64,000 nt of DNA from Promethearchaeota archaeon (GTDB lineage Archaea; Asgardarchaeota; Lokiarchaeia; Sigyniarchaeales; SOKP01): the NCBI GenBank assembly GCA_019057865.1, contig JAHLWP010000005.1, positions 92,912 through 156,911 of the forward strand, given 5' to 3'. Below are positions 1 through 9,760 of this stretch, one piece after another (within the stretch, counting starts at the first letter, position 1; each line of letters begins with the position of its first letter). Made by a program: the position numbers and the translations under genes. The notes beneath the pieces are model-generated. The model worked only from the letters and a program-made list of their open reading frames with translations. It had not been told where the DNA came from and did not search any database.

Positions 1-56
1 CTTGTTTAGCTTTTTCAATTAAATTCTTGTAAATTTTCTCTATTTCCTCTGTCCAT

Positions 57-1142
57 TTAAATATTTCCATATCTATCTTCTAATATCTCATACTTACCAT
101 GTAATAATTTAATAATATTAGGCATTATATCAAAAATTATTTCTTTTTCTTTTTTTAATATTAATTCTAATATCCTATATATAGTCAAATAACTAATATT
201 ATCAATCTTTACTTGGAATTTCTTAAAATAATAATTTTGGTATAACCCTTCAAGCGACCATTTTAAATGCCTTTCTTTCAACACTATTGGTATAAAAAGT
301 ATTTTTAATTCATCAATTTTTCTTAAATATTCTTCAAGCTTTACAAAAAATTCATTAGCGTTTTTTGAATTTAATAAAATTTTAATTTTCTCTTCATTAA
401 GAAATAAATAATTCTCTATCAAAAATTGTGATAATAAGTTTTTATCTATTTTATTTCTAATGCCCCTATAAATCATATTTAGATTATAAATTTCAGTTTT
501 ATAATCAATAAAAAGAGTTATCATCGCTTTTTCTTGTTTTTTGTAAATTATTTTGCTTTTTATTAAATCTTCATAGTATAACCGGTCTAAAAAGGCTTCT
601 AAAACAAAAATTTCATCGTTTTTTCTAAAATAGAGAATTCCCTCTCGTATAGCCCTATAATATTTCGTATTCTTAAAAAAAAATTGAATCTCATCTAAGG
701 AGGTCATTTCGAGCAAATCATTTATAAAATCAGTTTTTTCTAAATAATCTTCAACTAAAAAATTGATATTTTTTTCTTTATCTCTTCTACTCTTTCCAAT
801 TATCGATCCAATAATAATTTCTAAAATATTTTTAATCTCATACTTTAAAAGAAAAGCTTTTAAAAACTTTCTCATATGTTCAGGTGAATAGTATAAAATT
901 CTCCCAATTAATTTGATATAAATATGAAACAAAGCTTTTTCAATGTCTGAGATAGTTTCTTTTGTTATATTGATATCCGGGTAATAAGGTTTAATATAAT
1001 CTATAAAATCTTTAATTTTATTTATTTCCCTTAATTTTCTTAATGAGTTATCATCCATTATTAATTGTTTTAATAATGTTATTTTAACAAAAAGATACTC
1101 ATAGGTCGATAAAAATCGTATAACACTCGTAAAGAACACCAA
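57..1142 (-). CDS. atpC: A/V-type ATP synthase subunit C (AC39 family)
   Basis: ~360 aa helical protein with LLKYEIKNI, LEAFLDRLYY and EIYNLNMIYRG motifs typical of subunit C; directly downstream of a proteolipid gene. Start uncertain. Confidence 0.8.
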   Translation of the reverse strand: MVFFTSVIRFLSTYEYLFVKITLLKQLIMDDNSLRKLREINKIKDFIDYIKPYYPDINITKETISDIEKALFHIYIKLIGRILYYSPEHMRKFLKAFLLKYEIKNILEIIIGSIIGKSRRDKEKNINFLVEDYLEKTDFINDLLEMTSLDEIQFFFKNTKYYRAIREGILYFRKNDEIFVLEAFLDRLYYEDLIKSKIIYKKQEKAMITLFIDYKTEIYNLNMIYRGIRNKIDKNLLSQFLIENYLFLNEEKIKILLNSKNANEFFVKLEEYLRKIDELKILFIPIVLKERHLKWSLEGLYQNYYFKKFQVKIDNISYLTIYRILELILKKEKEIIFDIMPNIIKLLHGKYEILEDRYGNI

Positions 1143-1167
1143 AAATAAATTGATAAAACACTCTATA

Positions 1168-1548
1168 TTAAACGGGGGGGCTTGGAATTTTGGTCCATAA
1201 TAGTATAGCTACAATTAGTCCATAAACTGCTAATGCTTCTGCTAATGCCACGACTAAAAAAGCTTTAAAAAAGGATTCTTCACGTTCTGCAAGTGATGAT
1301 ATTGCTGCAGTACCTACTGTTTTTATTGCCCACGCACTTCCTATAACTGAGAAACCAACCGAAAGTGCTGCCGAGAGAGCTAAAGCGATAGTAGTCGGAG
1401 AGTTAAAGTATTCAATTGGTTCAGCTTGAGCAGAAGCAAATGATATCAATCCATCAACAGAAAAGAATACAGTTAATACTAGTATTATTTGAAACAAGCC
1501 AAGTAATAAGTAAAATTTTTTTTTACTATTCATTTTATTCACATTCAC
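1168..1548 (-). CDS. atpK: A/V-type ATP synthase proteolipid subunit K/c with N-terminal signal-like segment
   Basis: Hydrophobic hairpin with VALAEALAVYGLIVAILL (ion-binding Glu). Confidence 0.9.
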   Translation of the reverse strand: MNVNKMNSKKKFYLLLGLFQIILVLTVFFSVDGLISFASAQAEPIEYFNSPTTIALALSAALSVGFSVIGSAWAIKTVGTAAISSLAEREESFFKAFLVVALAEALAVYGLIVAILLWTKIPSPPV

Positions 1549-1654
1549 TAATTTATGTAGTAAAATTAAATATCTTATAGAAAAAAAGGAAATCTTGCGT
1601 AAAAAGATTTCGAGATTTTTTATTATTAATTTAATTAATAAAAAGCTGAATAAT

Positions 1655-2293
1655 TTATTGATAAAGCAAGACTCTTATTAAATCTGTGAGAAAATGAATT
1701 CTATCTGCTAGCTGTTCAAGTAAAACGATACTATCACGAATTCTGAGGAGATTCCTTATATCTAAATCCTCATTAGAGTATAAATATTCAAGGAATTGCC
1801 TATAAATCGTATCAATTTCATTTTCAATTTCATGTATTTTAGTAGTGTTATCAAACACTGCTTCACGCTTATCTCTTAAGTTTTTTATCGTTGTTTTTAA
1901 AACAGCTGCCATTTCAATTATTTTATTAATCAATTTATTATATCTTTTCTTAATTTCTTTATCTAGTTTCCCATCAAATTTAATTTTAGGAAGCATATCA
2001 ACAAATTCAAGAGGGTAGTTAATCAAATTGTCCATTCTTAAGACTAAAGTCATATAATCTCCGACCCCTTGAGCTTCTGCCTCTGAAAATTCTTTAATTA
2101 ATTGAATTTTAATTGAATCTCCATCTTCTTCAGATAATTGCATTTTATTTTTCTTTTTTTCTAAATTATCTTTATTAGACTCATAATCTTCCGCCCAAGT
2201 GGTAAAATATACTGCCATATCACTAATAACCGTATAAATTATTCTAGAATGCTCAATAAGCCTAGTTATGATTTCTTCTTTAATTTTATTCAT
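1655..2293 (-). CDS. DUF47/PhoU-like helical regulator
   Basis: E-x-x-x-D repeats (EEDGD, ENEID) and LEQLADR; ~210 aa. Confidence 0.75.
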   Translation of the reverse strand: MNKIKEEIITRLIEHSRIIYTVISDMAVYFTTWAEDYESNKDNLEKKKNKMQLSEEDGDSIKIQLIKEFSEAEAQGVGDYMTLVLRMDNLINYPLEFVDMLPKIKFDGKLDKEIKKRYNKLINKIIEMAAVLKTTIKNLRDKREAVFDNTTKIHEIENEIDTIYRQFLEYLYSNEDLDIRNLLRIRDSIVLLEQLADRIHFLTDLIRVLLYQ

Positions 2294-2462
2294 ATTATTA
2301 TAGTATCAAGTTTTTTATTTTTAAATATAATATATAAAAGAAACATTAAAAAAAATAGTTTTTATTTCTGAATTATATTAAATTTATATAGATAATATTA
2401 TAATATTCTATTATAAAGGTTATAATACAATCTAATAACTTCTTCATAAAAGGTAAAAAAAA

Positions 2463-3185
2463 ATACTGTCTGAAATTAGAAAAAGGATTAATACTTATAA
2501 CCAAATAACAAATTTCAGTGAAATTGCACGTAGATATTTTATTAATAATTTTTACGATGGGGCATTAACAGTTTTAGGAATCATCTTAGGATTCTTTGTG
2601 GTAGTGCTTAAAAACCCTCATCAACCTACTATTCCTTCTTTATACATTGCATTACCAGGACTTGGAACCTCAATATCAATGTTTATTTCAGGAGTATCTG
2701 GATCTTATCTTTCTGAGGGAGCTGAACTAAGTAAAAAGCGTGCTGATTTAAATATGGCAATGGGTATAATCGAAAGTGAGACTATAGAAGAAGATCTTGA
2801 TATAAAAAAGCAAGAAGAGGAATTAAAAAAAGCAATGTTAAGTAAAGTAAAAATAAAAGTTAATAAAAGTGAAGGTAAAAAAAGAAGAGTAAAAAAAACA
2901 ATTCATGAAAAAGCTCAGAATTTCGCAGGGAAATTTGTTGCTTTAGTAAATGGTTTTGCACCACTTTTAGGAGGTTTAATTCCTTTAATTCCCTTTGTAT
3001 TTGTAAATAATGCAAATTTCATGACATTTATTTATTCATTTATAATTATATTCTTGTGTATTGTTTTATTAGGAATATTTTTGGGAAGAATTTCAAATGT
3101 ATCGATTATAAAAAATATTCTACAAATGTTATTTGCCTTTATAGCTACAATGATTGTTGTTATAATTTTCTTGGGGATCTTTTAG
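2463..3185 (+). CDS. VIT1/CCC1 (TIGR00267-like) membrane protein, paralog 1; start extended upstream of the ORF track
   Basis: Frame open from 2457. Conserved EIARRYFINNFYDGAL lies upstream of the GTG at 2598. GSYLSEGAE and GGLIPLIPF motifs. Candidate starts ATA 2463 or CTG 2466. Confidence 0.75.
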   Translation: MLSEIRKRINTYNQITNFSEIARRYFINNFYDGALTVLGIILGFFVVVLKNPHQPTIPSLYIALPGLGTSISMFISGVSGSYLSEGAELSKKRADLNMAMGIIESETIEEDLDIKKQEEELKKAMLSKVKIKVNKSEGKKRRVKKTIHEKAQNFAGKFVALVNGFAPLLGGLIPLIPFVFVNNANFMTFIYSFIIIFLCIVLLGIFLGRISNVSIIKNILQMLFAFIATMIVVIIFLGIF

Positions 3186-3309
3186 ATACATTAAATAGAT
3201 TTTAATAATATTCGAATTTTTCGACTTTAACTTAATAATTATAATATGGAGAAGATTGAATTAAATGATTTTTAAAAATATATTCAAAAATTGGTGAAAG
3301 TATTCAGAA

Positions 3310-3945
3310 ATGTCTGATTTGGGAGAAATTGCTAGAAGAAAATTTTTTAACAGTTGTTTTGATGGAGCTCTAACTTGTGCAGGTATCGTTAGCGGGTTTT
3401 TTATTATGTTCTTGAGTGAACCTACAAGAAATGTTCCTAATACAGTAATTATTACAGGATTTGCTACAGCACTAGCTATTGGAATAAGTGGTTTATGGGG
3501 TGCTTTTCTTTCTGAAGAAGCTGAACGTAAAAAGAAAATTACAGATATGAAAAAAGAGATGGCAATAATTGAGACTGATGATGAGGAAACAATAGATCAT
3601 TCAGAGAATAATATTAAAAAAACAAAAAAGAAGAAAAAGAAGAAAATAAAGCCTACTTTACTTGAAAGAGCAGAATATTTTGCTACAATTGTAGCTTCTT
3701 TGGTTGATGGAGGTGCACCAGTTCTAGGATCTTCTCTTCCATTAGTTCCATTTTTCTTCGGTACAGTATTAACACCTATACATTTTATAATCTCATATAT
3801 TGTATTAGTAGGCTTGCTTGTATATCTAGGAGTTTTTCTAGGAAAAATATCCGGGGGAGGACGAGTTAGATATGCAATACATCTAGTTACCGCTGGTGTC
3901 GTGACACTTATTGTATCTATATTACTAGGTAAAATTGCAGGATAA
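3310..3945 (+). CDS. VIT1/CCC1 (TIGR00267-like) membrane protein, paralog 2
   Basis: EIARRKFFNSCFDGAL, GAFLSEEAE and GSSLPLVPF motifs. Confidence 0.8.
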   Translation: MSDLGEIARRKFFNSCFDGALTCAGIVSGFFIMFLSEPTRNVPNTVIITGFATALAIGISGLWGAFLSEEAERKKKITDMKKEMAIIETDDEETIDHSENNIKKTKKKKKKKIKPTLLERAEYFATIVASLVDGGAPVLGSSLPLVPFFFGTVLTPIHFIISYIVLVGLLVYLGVFLGKISGGGRVRYAIHLVTAGVVTLIVSILLGKIAG

Positions 3946-4020
3946 GTTTTATTCTATTATCAAAAATTTTATTTTCTGGATTTCATTTTTATATGTAAAA
4001 AAAACAAAGGAACAGATCAA

Positions 4021-4797
4021 ATGCATTTTATTGGGATAGATATTGGGTCATTGGCGACAAAAATAGTCTTATTGAATAATAGTGATTTAATCGACTATCG
4101 AACAGAACGATCTACATTTGATTTCAAAAGAATAGGACATAATTTATTTAAGGAGCTTTTAGAAAAGAATAACTTAAAAAAAGATGATGTTTTTGTTATG
4201 AGCACTGGCTATGGAAGAAATACAATAGATATTGCGGATGACCGAATTACTGAGATTACTGCTCATGCTCGTGGAGGGCAATTTTTCTTTCCAGATGCTC
4301 ACTCGGTTATAGATATAGGGGGGCAAGATAGTAAGGCTATTGTTATGTCTCAGAAAACTGGGAATGTAATTGATTTTCAAATGAATGATAAATGCGCAGC
4401 AGGAACTGGAAGGTTTCTTGAAGTCATGGCACATGCATTAGAGGTCCCAATTAATAAATTTGGAGACTTATCCTTGAATTCAACTAAACCTGCCGCTATT
4501 AGTTCTACATGTACTGTTTTTGCAGAGAGTGAAGTTATCAGTCTTTTTGCTAGAGGAGCCTCTAAGCAAGACATAGCAAGTGGAATTCATAAATCCATAG
4601 CAAGAAGAGTTGCAGGTATGGCAAAACGTATTGGGGTTGGACCTAAACTAGTTTTTTGTGGTGGAGTCGCTAAAAATCCTGCGGTTAAAAAATATTTAGA
4701 AGAAGAACTAGGATTCGAGATAGTTAGTCCAAAATACCCTCAATTAACAGGGGCTATTGGAGCTGCTTTAATAGCTCAAGAAAATCAAAGTAATTAA
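4021..4797 (+). CDS. 2-hydroxyacyl-CoA dehydratase activator (BadF/BcrA/HgdC-type ATPase)
   Basis: GIDIGS, TGYGR, IDIGGQDSK, MNDKCAAGTGRFL and CTVFAESE motifs. Confidence 0.93.
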   Translation: MHFIGIDIGSLATKIVLLNNSDLIDYRTERSTFDFKRIGHNLFKELLEKNNLKKDDVFVMSTGYGRNTIDIADDRITEITAHARGGQFFFPDAHSVIDIGGQDSKAIVMSQKTGNVIDFQMNDKCAAGTGRFLEVMAHALEVPINKFGDLSLNSTKPAAISSTCTVFAESEVISLFARGASKQDIASGIHKSIARRVAGMAKRIGVGPKLVFCGGVAKNPAVKKYLEEELGFEIVSPKYPQLTGAIGAALIAQENQSN

Positions 4798-4908
4798 ACA
4801 TTATTTGATTTTAAAATTATTATAATACTCATTATTTTTTTAATCAGTAACTTTTTTGAAGAATTACCTCTTTTTTGATAAATAATTCAATAATTTTTAG
4901 ATAATACA

Positions 4909-6045
4909 ATGGATGATTTAGAAATATTATCAGAATATTCATTATATCTCAAAGATAAAAAAGAAGAAGGAAAAAAAGTAATTGGATTCATTGCTCATGA
5001 TAATATACCTGAAGAATTAATAGATGCTGCTGGATTTATTCCATTGAGAATGATATTTGCAGGAAATGATGAATTGATGAATGCTAGTCATGATTACCTA
5101 CCACCTTCGACTTGTGCATTTGCCCAATCTTCCATTGGATTGTTCTCATTAAAACCAAGCCAATTTAATTTTTTAAATTTATTAGAATACTTTATTGTAT
5201 CAAACCATTGCGTATCTGATATATGTGCTTCTGAAATAATCTCAAGATATTTTAATATCCCACGATTAAACTTCTATATTTCATATACTAAGAATGATAA
5301 TAGTTTAAAATATTTTAAATTAGAATTAATGGATTTGAAGCAACAGCTTGAAAAAATAAGGGGGAGCGAAATACCAAGTGAAGACTTGAGGGAGAGTATA
5401 ATAAAATATAATAAGTTTAAGAAAAGACTTCTAGAAATAAATAATTTAAATATTAAGAGTTCCGAAAAGTTAAGGATATTCCAAATAGCAATGTTAATTG
5501 GTCCCGAATTTCTCCCTAAATTAGATGAGATTCTACATGAATTTAGAGAAAAAACACCTCAAGAACCTAATAAAACAAAGGATCTAATTGTTACCGGATG
5601 TTCAATATTTATAAATGATTTTCTAATTGATTTAATAGAAGAAAGTGGAGGAAATGTTGCTTTTTTTGATACTTGGATTGGAAACAGTTATTTATCACAA
5701 ACTTTTGAAGAGGAGAAATTAAATTCAGAACTAGATCCTTTAGATCTATTAGTTCATAGATTTAAAAACAATATTTATGGAGATCATTCTGTCCCTAATT
5801 ACTTAGAATTAAAAATTTCCCAAATTGAAAAGATTTATCACGATTACAAGCAGAAAACTGGAAAGAAATTAGGAGTTATAAATCATATTATTAAATTTTG
5901 TGATCACATTTCAATTATGTCTGCTCATTTTAAAAATCAATTACAAGAAAAAGGGATTCGCGTTTTAAATTTAGAAAGAGATTATTCAAGAGCTAATCGA
6001 GGTCAATTATCTACTCGAATAGAAGCATTCATGGAGATGTTGTAA
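4909..6045 (+). CDS. 2-hydroxyacyl-CoA dehydratase subunit (HGD-D family)
   Basis: PEELIDAAG, KFCD and GQLSTRIEAFMEML motifs; follows the activator. Confidence 0.88.
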   Translation: MDDLEILSEYSLYLKDKKEEGKKVIGFIAHDNIPEELIDAAGFIPLRMIFAGNDELMNASHDYLPPSTCAFAQSSIGLFSLKPSQFNFLNLLEYFIVSNHCVSDICASEIISRYFNIPRLNFYISYTKNDNSLKYFKLELMDLKQQLEKIRGSEIPSEDLRESIIKYNKFKKRLLEINNLNIKSSEKLRIFQIAMLIGPEFLPKLDEILHEFREKTPQEPNKTKDLIVTGCSIFINDFLIDLIEESGGNVAFFDTWIGNSYLSQTFEEEKLNSELDPLDLLVHRFKNNIYGDHSVPNYLELKISQIEKIYHDYKQKTGKKLGVINHIIKFCDHISIMSAHFKNQLQEKGIRVLNLERDYSRANRGQLSTRIEAFMEML

Positions 6046-6047
6046 AA

Positions 6048-7406
6048 ATGAGTTTAATAGCTGATGATATCATTCAATTCTCATCTGTATTAAGAATTGC
6101 TTACAATCTATTAGCAGGAAGAGACTATTTAAAGAGAAAGAAGTTCCGGGAAAAGAAAAAATTAATATCAGTTGCTCTACCCTTTTCAGATTTAATCTAT
6201 GGATTTCCTGATTTAGTCCCTGTTTTTCCGATAAGGATGCATGCCTTTAAAATCCATAAATATCTCACATATCTCTCTTTAGGCTCTGATATTTTTGGGT
6301 GGAAGCGTGTTTCTAAATTTTTAAGCTTTGTAAAAAATCTTGGAATTAGTGAAGCAAGTAGAATCATCGAAGAAATCATTGGTGATGTGATAGATACTGT
6401 TAATGATAAATATAATGAAATGTATGACCTTGGAATAGAAAGTGGCATTCCGAATGATTTTTGTTATGGAATAAAGTCTCTCTATGGTATGCATGTGAGT
6501 AAGGGAAAGAATGTAGAAGCTACTTTGAATTACACAATTCGATGCAGTGCATGGAATAAGTATTTAGAATCCTTGAAAACGATTAAAAATCCTGCTAAAC
6601 AGGTCTGGATTGACATTCCTCCGAGAAACATTGGTAATGCCTTAGAATTATTAACAGAAAATATTTATGATGCTATTAGAGAATTAGAAAAGATAAGTGG
6701 AAATAATTATGATAAAAATATTTTGCGAAATCATTTTCAAGTAGCCAATGAAATAAGGAAATATTACAAAACAATTCTATATGAAATAAGCACATCTGAT
6801 TTTTATCCCTGTAATCCTGCCACATTTAGTGAAATATTAGTAATTTTAAATAATAGTTTTCAAGATTATAATTCCAATGCAAATCGATATAGAGATAACA
6901 TGTCATCATTAGTAAATGAAATGAAAGAGAGAATTAGAAATAAAATTGGAATGGACGTAAGTAAAATGCCACGAATCCTAGTTACACCCATGTTTGGTGG
7001 TTGGGAACCAAAAAGCCATGAAATAATCTATGAATTAGGGGGTCGGGCATTATATGCTGATTGGGACATGCTATTACTCTTGGAAGAAATACCTATCTCA
7101 AAATTCTCGGATCCTGTAGAAGCATATGCTCAATTTCTATTGAATGCTACTAAGACAGGAATCGGGTGTGACAATGACACCCTTACAGATTCTTACATAA
7201 GATTGGCTAAACAATTAAAAGCTGAAGGTCTTGTTTTTATTCAATTATTTGGTTGCCATTCAATTTCAAATTGCTATGCAATGCTTAAAGAAAAAATTCG
7301 CAGAGACCTAGAAATTCCGAGCATTGCTTTAACATTTAATAAAATTGGAGAGAATGTAGAGCAAGTTAAAACGCGCTTAGGAGCTTTTATGGAGATGTTT
7401 AATTAA
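6048..7406 (+). CDS. 2-hydroxyacyl-CoA dehydratase family subunit (HGD-D)
   Basis: FCYG, WIDIP, FGCHS and QVKTRLGAFMEM motifs; operonic with the previous gene. Confidence 0.8.
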   Translation: MSLIADDIIQFSSVLRIAYNLLAGRDYLKRKKFREKKKLISVALPFSDLIYGFPDLVPVFPIRMHAFKIHKYLTYLSLGSDIFGWKRVSKFLSFVKNLGISEASRIIEEIIGDVIDTVNDKYNEMYDLGIESGIPNDFCYGIKSLYGMHVSKGKNVEATLNYTIRCSAWNKYLESLKTIKNPAKQVWIDIPPRNIGNALELLTENIYDAIRELEKISGNNYDKNILRNHFQVANEIRKYYKTILYEISTSDFYPCNPATFSEILVILNNSFQDYNSNANRYRDNMSSLVNEMKERIRNKIGMDVSKMPRILVTPMFGGWEPKSHEIIYELGGRALYADWDMLLLLEEIPISKFSDPVEAYAQFLLNATKTGIGCDNDTLTDSYIRLAKQLKAEGLVFIQLFGCHSISNCYAMLKEKIRRDLEIPSIALTFNKIGENVEQVKTRLGAFMEMFN

Positions 7407-7470
7407 ATTCACAAAAATAGTAAATGTAAACTCTGATTAACTAGGAAAAAAATGAAAGATAAGGAATAAA

Positions 7471-7812
7471 ATAAAATATGATAAGCTTTTTGTGTATGGT
7501 ACATTGCAGCATGGACAAAGCAGACATTACATTCTCCAACATTTGAAGTTTGAAAAAGCTGTATTACCAAAGTATAGAAAAGTTTCTCCCCCCTCCTTAG
7601 GATTTCCATTCATTATACGTGATGAAAACTCACAAGTGAATGGTGAAATTTATTACGGTCTAGATGATGAATTATTTCAATCATTAGATCTTATTGAAGG
7701 AGAAGGTTCTTTATATCACAGAATTTTAGTAAAAGTGAAACCACAAAATAGACAGGAAATAGAATGCTTTGTTTATTATCCTGATAAAAGACTTATTAAT
7801 AGTTATTTATAA
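7471..7812 (+). CDS. Gamma-glutamylcyclotransferase (AIG2-like)
   Basis: LFVYGTL (partly upstream of GTG 7492), VNGEIY, LDLIEG..YHR motifs. Start uncertain. Confidence 0.85.
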   Translation: MKYDKLFVYGTLQHGQSRHYILQHLKFEKAVLPKYRKVSPPSLGFPFIIRDENSQVNGEIYYGLDDELFQSLDLIEGEGSLYHRILVKVKPQNRQEIECFVYYPDKRLINSYL

Positions 7813-7815
7813 TTA

Positions 7816-8574
7816 ATGTGGGGATTTATTATGGAAGAGAGAAATGAAATTAATAACGTAGAAAAAAAAAAGATAAGTCTTATTGATAATTATCCAATTG
7901 GTTTTCCGACAGACAGGATTTCGAGAATCGAATCGATTTTAAATGAGAGTATTGCTAATATTAAGGTTGAGACAGTAAATTTTTCTAAATTAAGTTTAAA
8001 AAATCTAGAGGATTGTATTGGTATAATTTTATCTGGCTCCATTTTAAACGTTTCTGATTTCTATTATAATGACAGATTGAGAGATTATTTCAAACAAGAA
8101 TTAGAATTAATAAGATATTTTAACCAAATACCGATTTTAGGAGTTTGTTTTGGATTTCATATTACAGCGTATGCATTTGGTGGCCAAGTATGCAGGATGC
8201 GGATACCTGGTTTATTAGGAGGAAAAATTATATTTATTCTATTAAAGGAAACTGATGATTTGATAACAAAAAAAAACATACCTGTTGATATATTCCACAG
8301 GGATTTTGTCTCTCCAAATGATTCAAAAATTCAAAATTCTTTTGAAATAAATTGTACAACGAGAATAAAAGGATATAAATTAATACAATATATTCGACAT
8401 AAAGAAAGACCTATTTTTGGTATCCAATTTCACCCCGAAACTCATGAATCTTATCATTTTCGCTCAAGTATTTACGATGAGAGGATAATTGCTAAGACAA
8501 TAGAAATCGGACAAGAAGTTATTAATAATTTTGCATGGCTTAGTCTACATAAGCATAATTCCAAAAATCTATAG
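7816..8574 (+). CDS. Class I glutamine amidotransferase-like protein
   Basis: IILSGS, PILGVCFG (catalytic Cys) and GIQFHPE. Confidence 0.88.
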   Translation: MWGFIMEERNEINNVEKKKISLIDNYPIGFPTDRISRIESILNESIANIKVETVNFSKLSLKNLEDCIGIILSGSILNVSDFYYNDRLRDYFKQELELIRYFNQIPILGVCFGFHITAYAFGGQVCRMRIPGLLGGKIIFILLKETDDLITKKNIPVDIFHRDFVSPNDSKIQNSFEINCTTRIKGYKLIQYIRHKERPIFGIQFHPETHESYHFRSSIYDERIIAKTIEIGQEVINNFAWLSLHKHNSKNL

Positions 8575-8750
8575 AAAGAATGGTTATTATGATTAATATA
8601 TTTAATGGTAATTTCAATTTTTTGTATTAAAGGATAAAAAACAAGATTATCCTATGGAATAGACATTATTCGACTAATTTATTGAGAGTAAAAGATTATT
8701 TTTTTATTTCATTTTAAGTTCCAAATTAAAAAATAGATTCAATTTTTATC

Positions 8751-9758
8751 TTATGCTAAAATTGATTCATAGACCTTAATATAATCGTCAACCATTCTTT
8801 CAACAGTAAATTTTTTTTCAACCCATCTTCGACATTCTGCACGATCAATAATATCAATTTTTTTTAATGCCGTAATTGCCTCTTCAATAGAATTGACTAA
8901 AAATCCAGTTTTTCCATTTACGATTACTTCAGACATACTCCCTTTATTAAAAGAAATAACAGGTGTTCCACAAGCCATTGCTTCCACAACCGACAAACCA
9001 AATGCCTCGGGAATATTAATAGGGTTCAATAAGGCATAGCCTCCGCCTAATAACTCATCCCTCTTCTTCGGACCAGCAATACCAACGTATTTTATTAGAT
9101 CATTATTAAGAAAGGGTTCTACTTCTTTTTGAAAATAAGCTTTATCTTGTATAATCCCTGCCAAGATTAATTTCATTCCCACTTTACGTGCTATATCAAT
9201 AGCTTCTTTAGTACCTTTATCATGATGTATTCGCCCAAAAAATATTAAATAATCTTTTGATTTTGATTTAAAAGTAAATTGGTTCAAATCTATACCATGA
9301 TATACTGTAGCAATATAATCCAAGTCTGGAATCCTAGCGGCATTGCTAATAGAAACATAATAGCTCTGATTATTATATTTTTTATAAACTGGTAAAATTT
9401 TGGGAGATGAGATGCCATGGATTGTTGTTAAAACAGGAGTAGAAGTCATCTTCATATAAGTTAGGGGTAGGAAATCAAAATGATTATGAATGATATCAAA
9501 ATCATCTCCCTTTTCGAACACTTCAGATATATGTAAGCATTCCCAAACTTTTGCTATTAATTTATCATCTTCTTCATAGCCATGAGGAGAGACTCCTTCA
9601 AGATGTGCCTTAGTAATTGAATTTTTTGTTGCAAATAAGGTGACTTCAATTCCTTTCTTAACAAGACCTTCAGTTAATAAAGAAACTACATATTCCCATG
9701 GGCCATAGGAACGAGGAGGGGTACGCCATGCAATGGGAGCGAGCATTGCTATGTGCAT
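8751..9758 (-). CDS. Glycosyltransferase family 4
   Basis: PPRSYGPWE, FGRIHHDKG and EAFGLSVVEAMACGTPVI. Confidence 0.92.
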   Translation of the reverse strand: MHIAMLAPIAWRTPPRSYGPWEYVVSLLTEGLVKKGIEVTLFATKNSITKAHLEGVSPHGYEEDDKLIAKVWECLHISEVFEKGDDFDIIHNHFDFLPLTYMKMTSTPVLTTIHGISSPKILPVYKKYNNQSYYVSISNAARIPDLDYIATVYHGIDLNQFTFKSKSKDYLIFFGRIHHDKGTKEAIDIARKVGMKLILAGIIQDKAYFQKEVEPFLNNDLIKYVGIAGPKKRDELLGGGYALLNPINIPEAFGLSVVEAMACGTPVISFNKGSMSEVIVNGKTGFLVNSIEEAITALKKIDIIDRAECRRWVEKKFTVERMVDDYIKVYESILA

Positions 9759-9760
9759 AA

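Noticed and set aside
3295-3297. TGA recoding or selenocysteine (also the TGA at 58721)
   Set aside because: Positions are not Cys-equivalent, no SECIS was recognised, and TGA terminates normal genes here (e.g. purS and the antitoxin).
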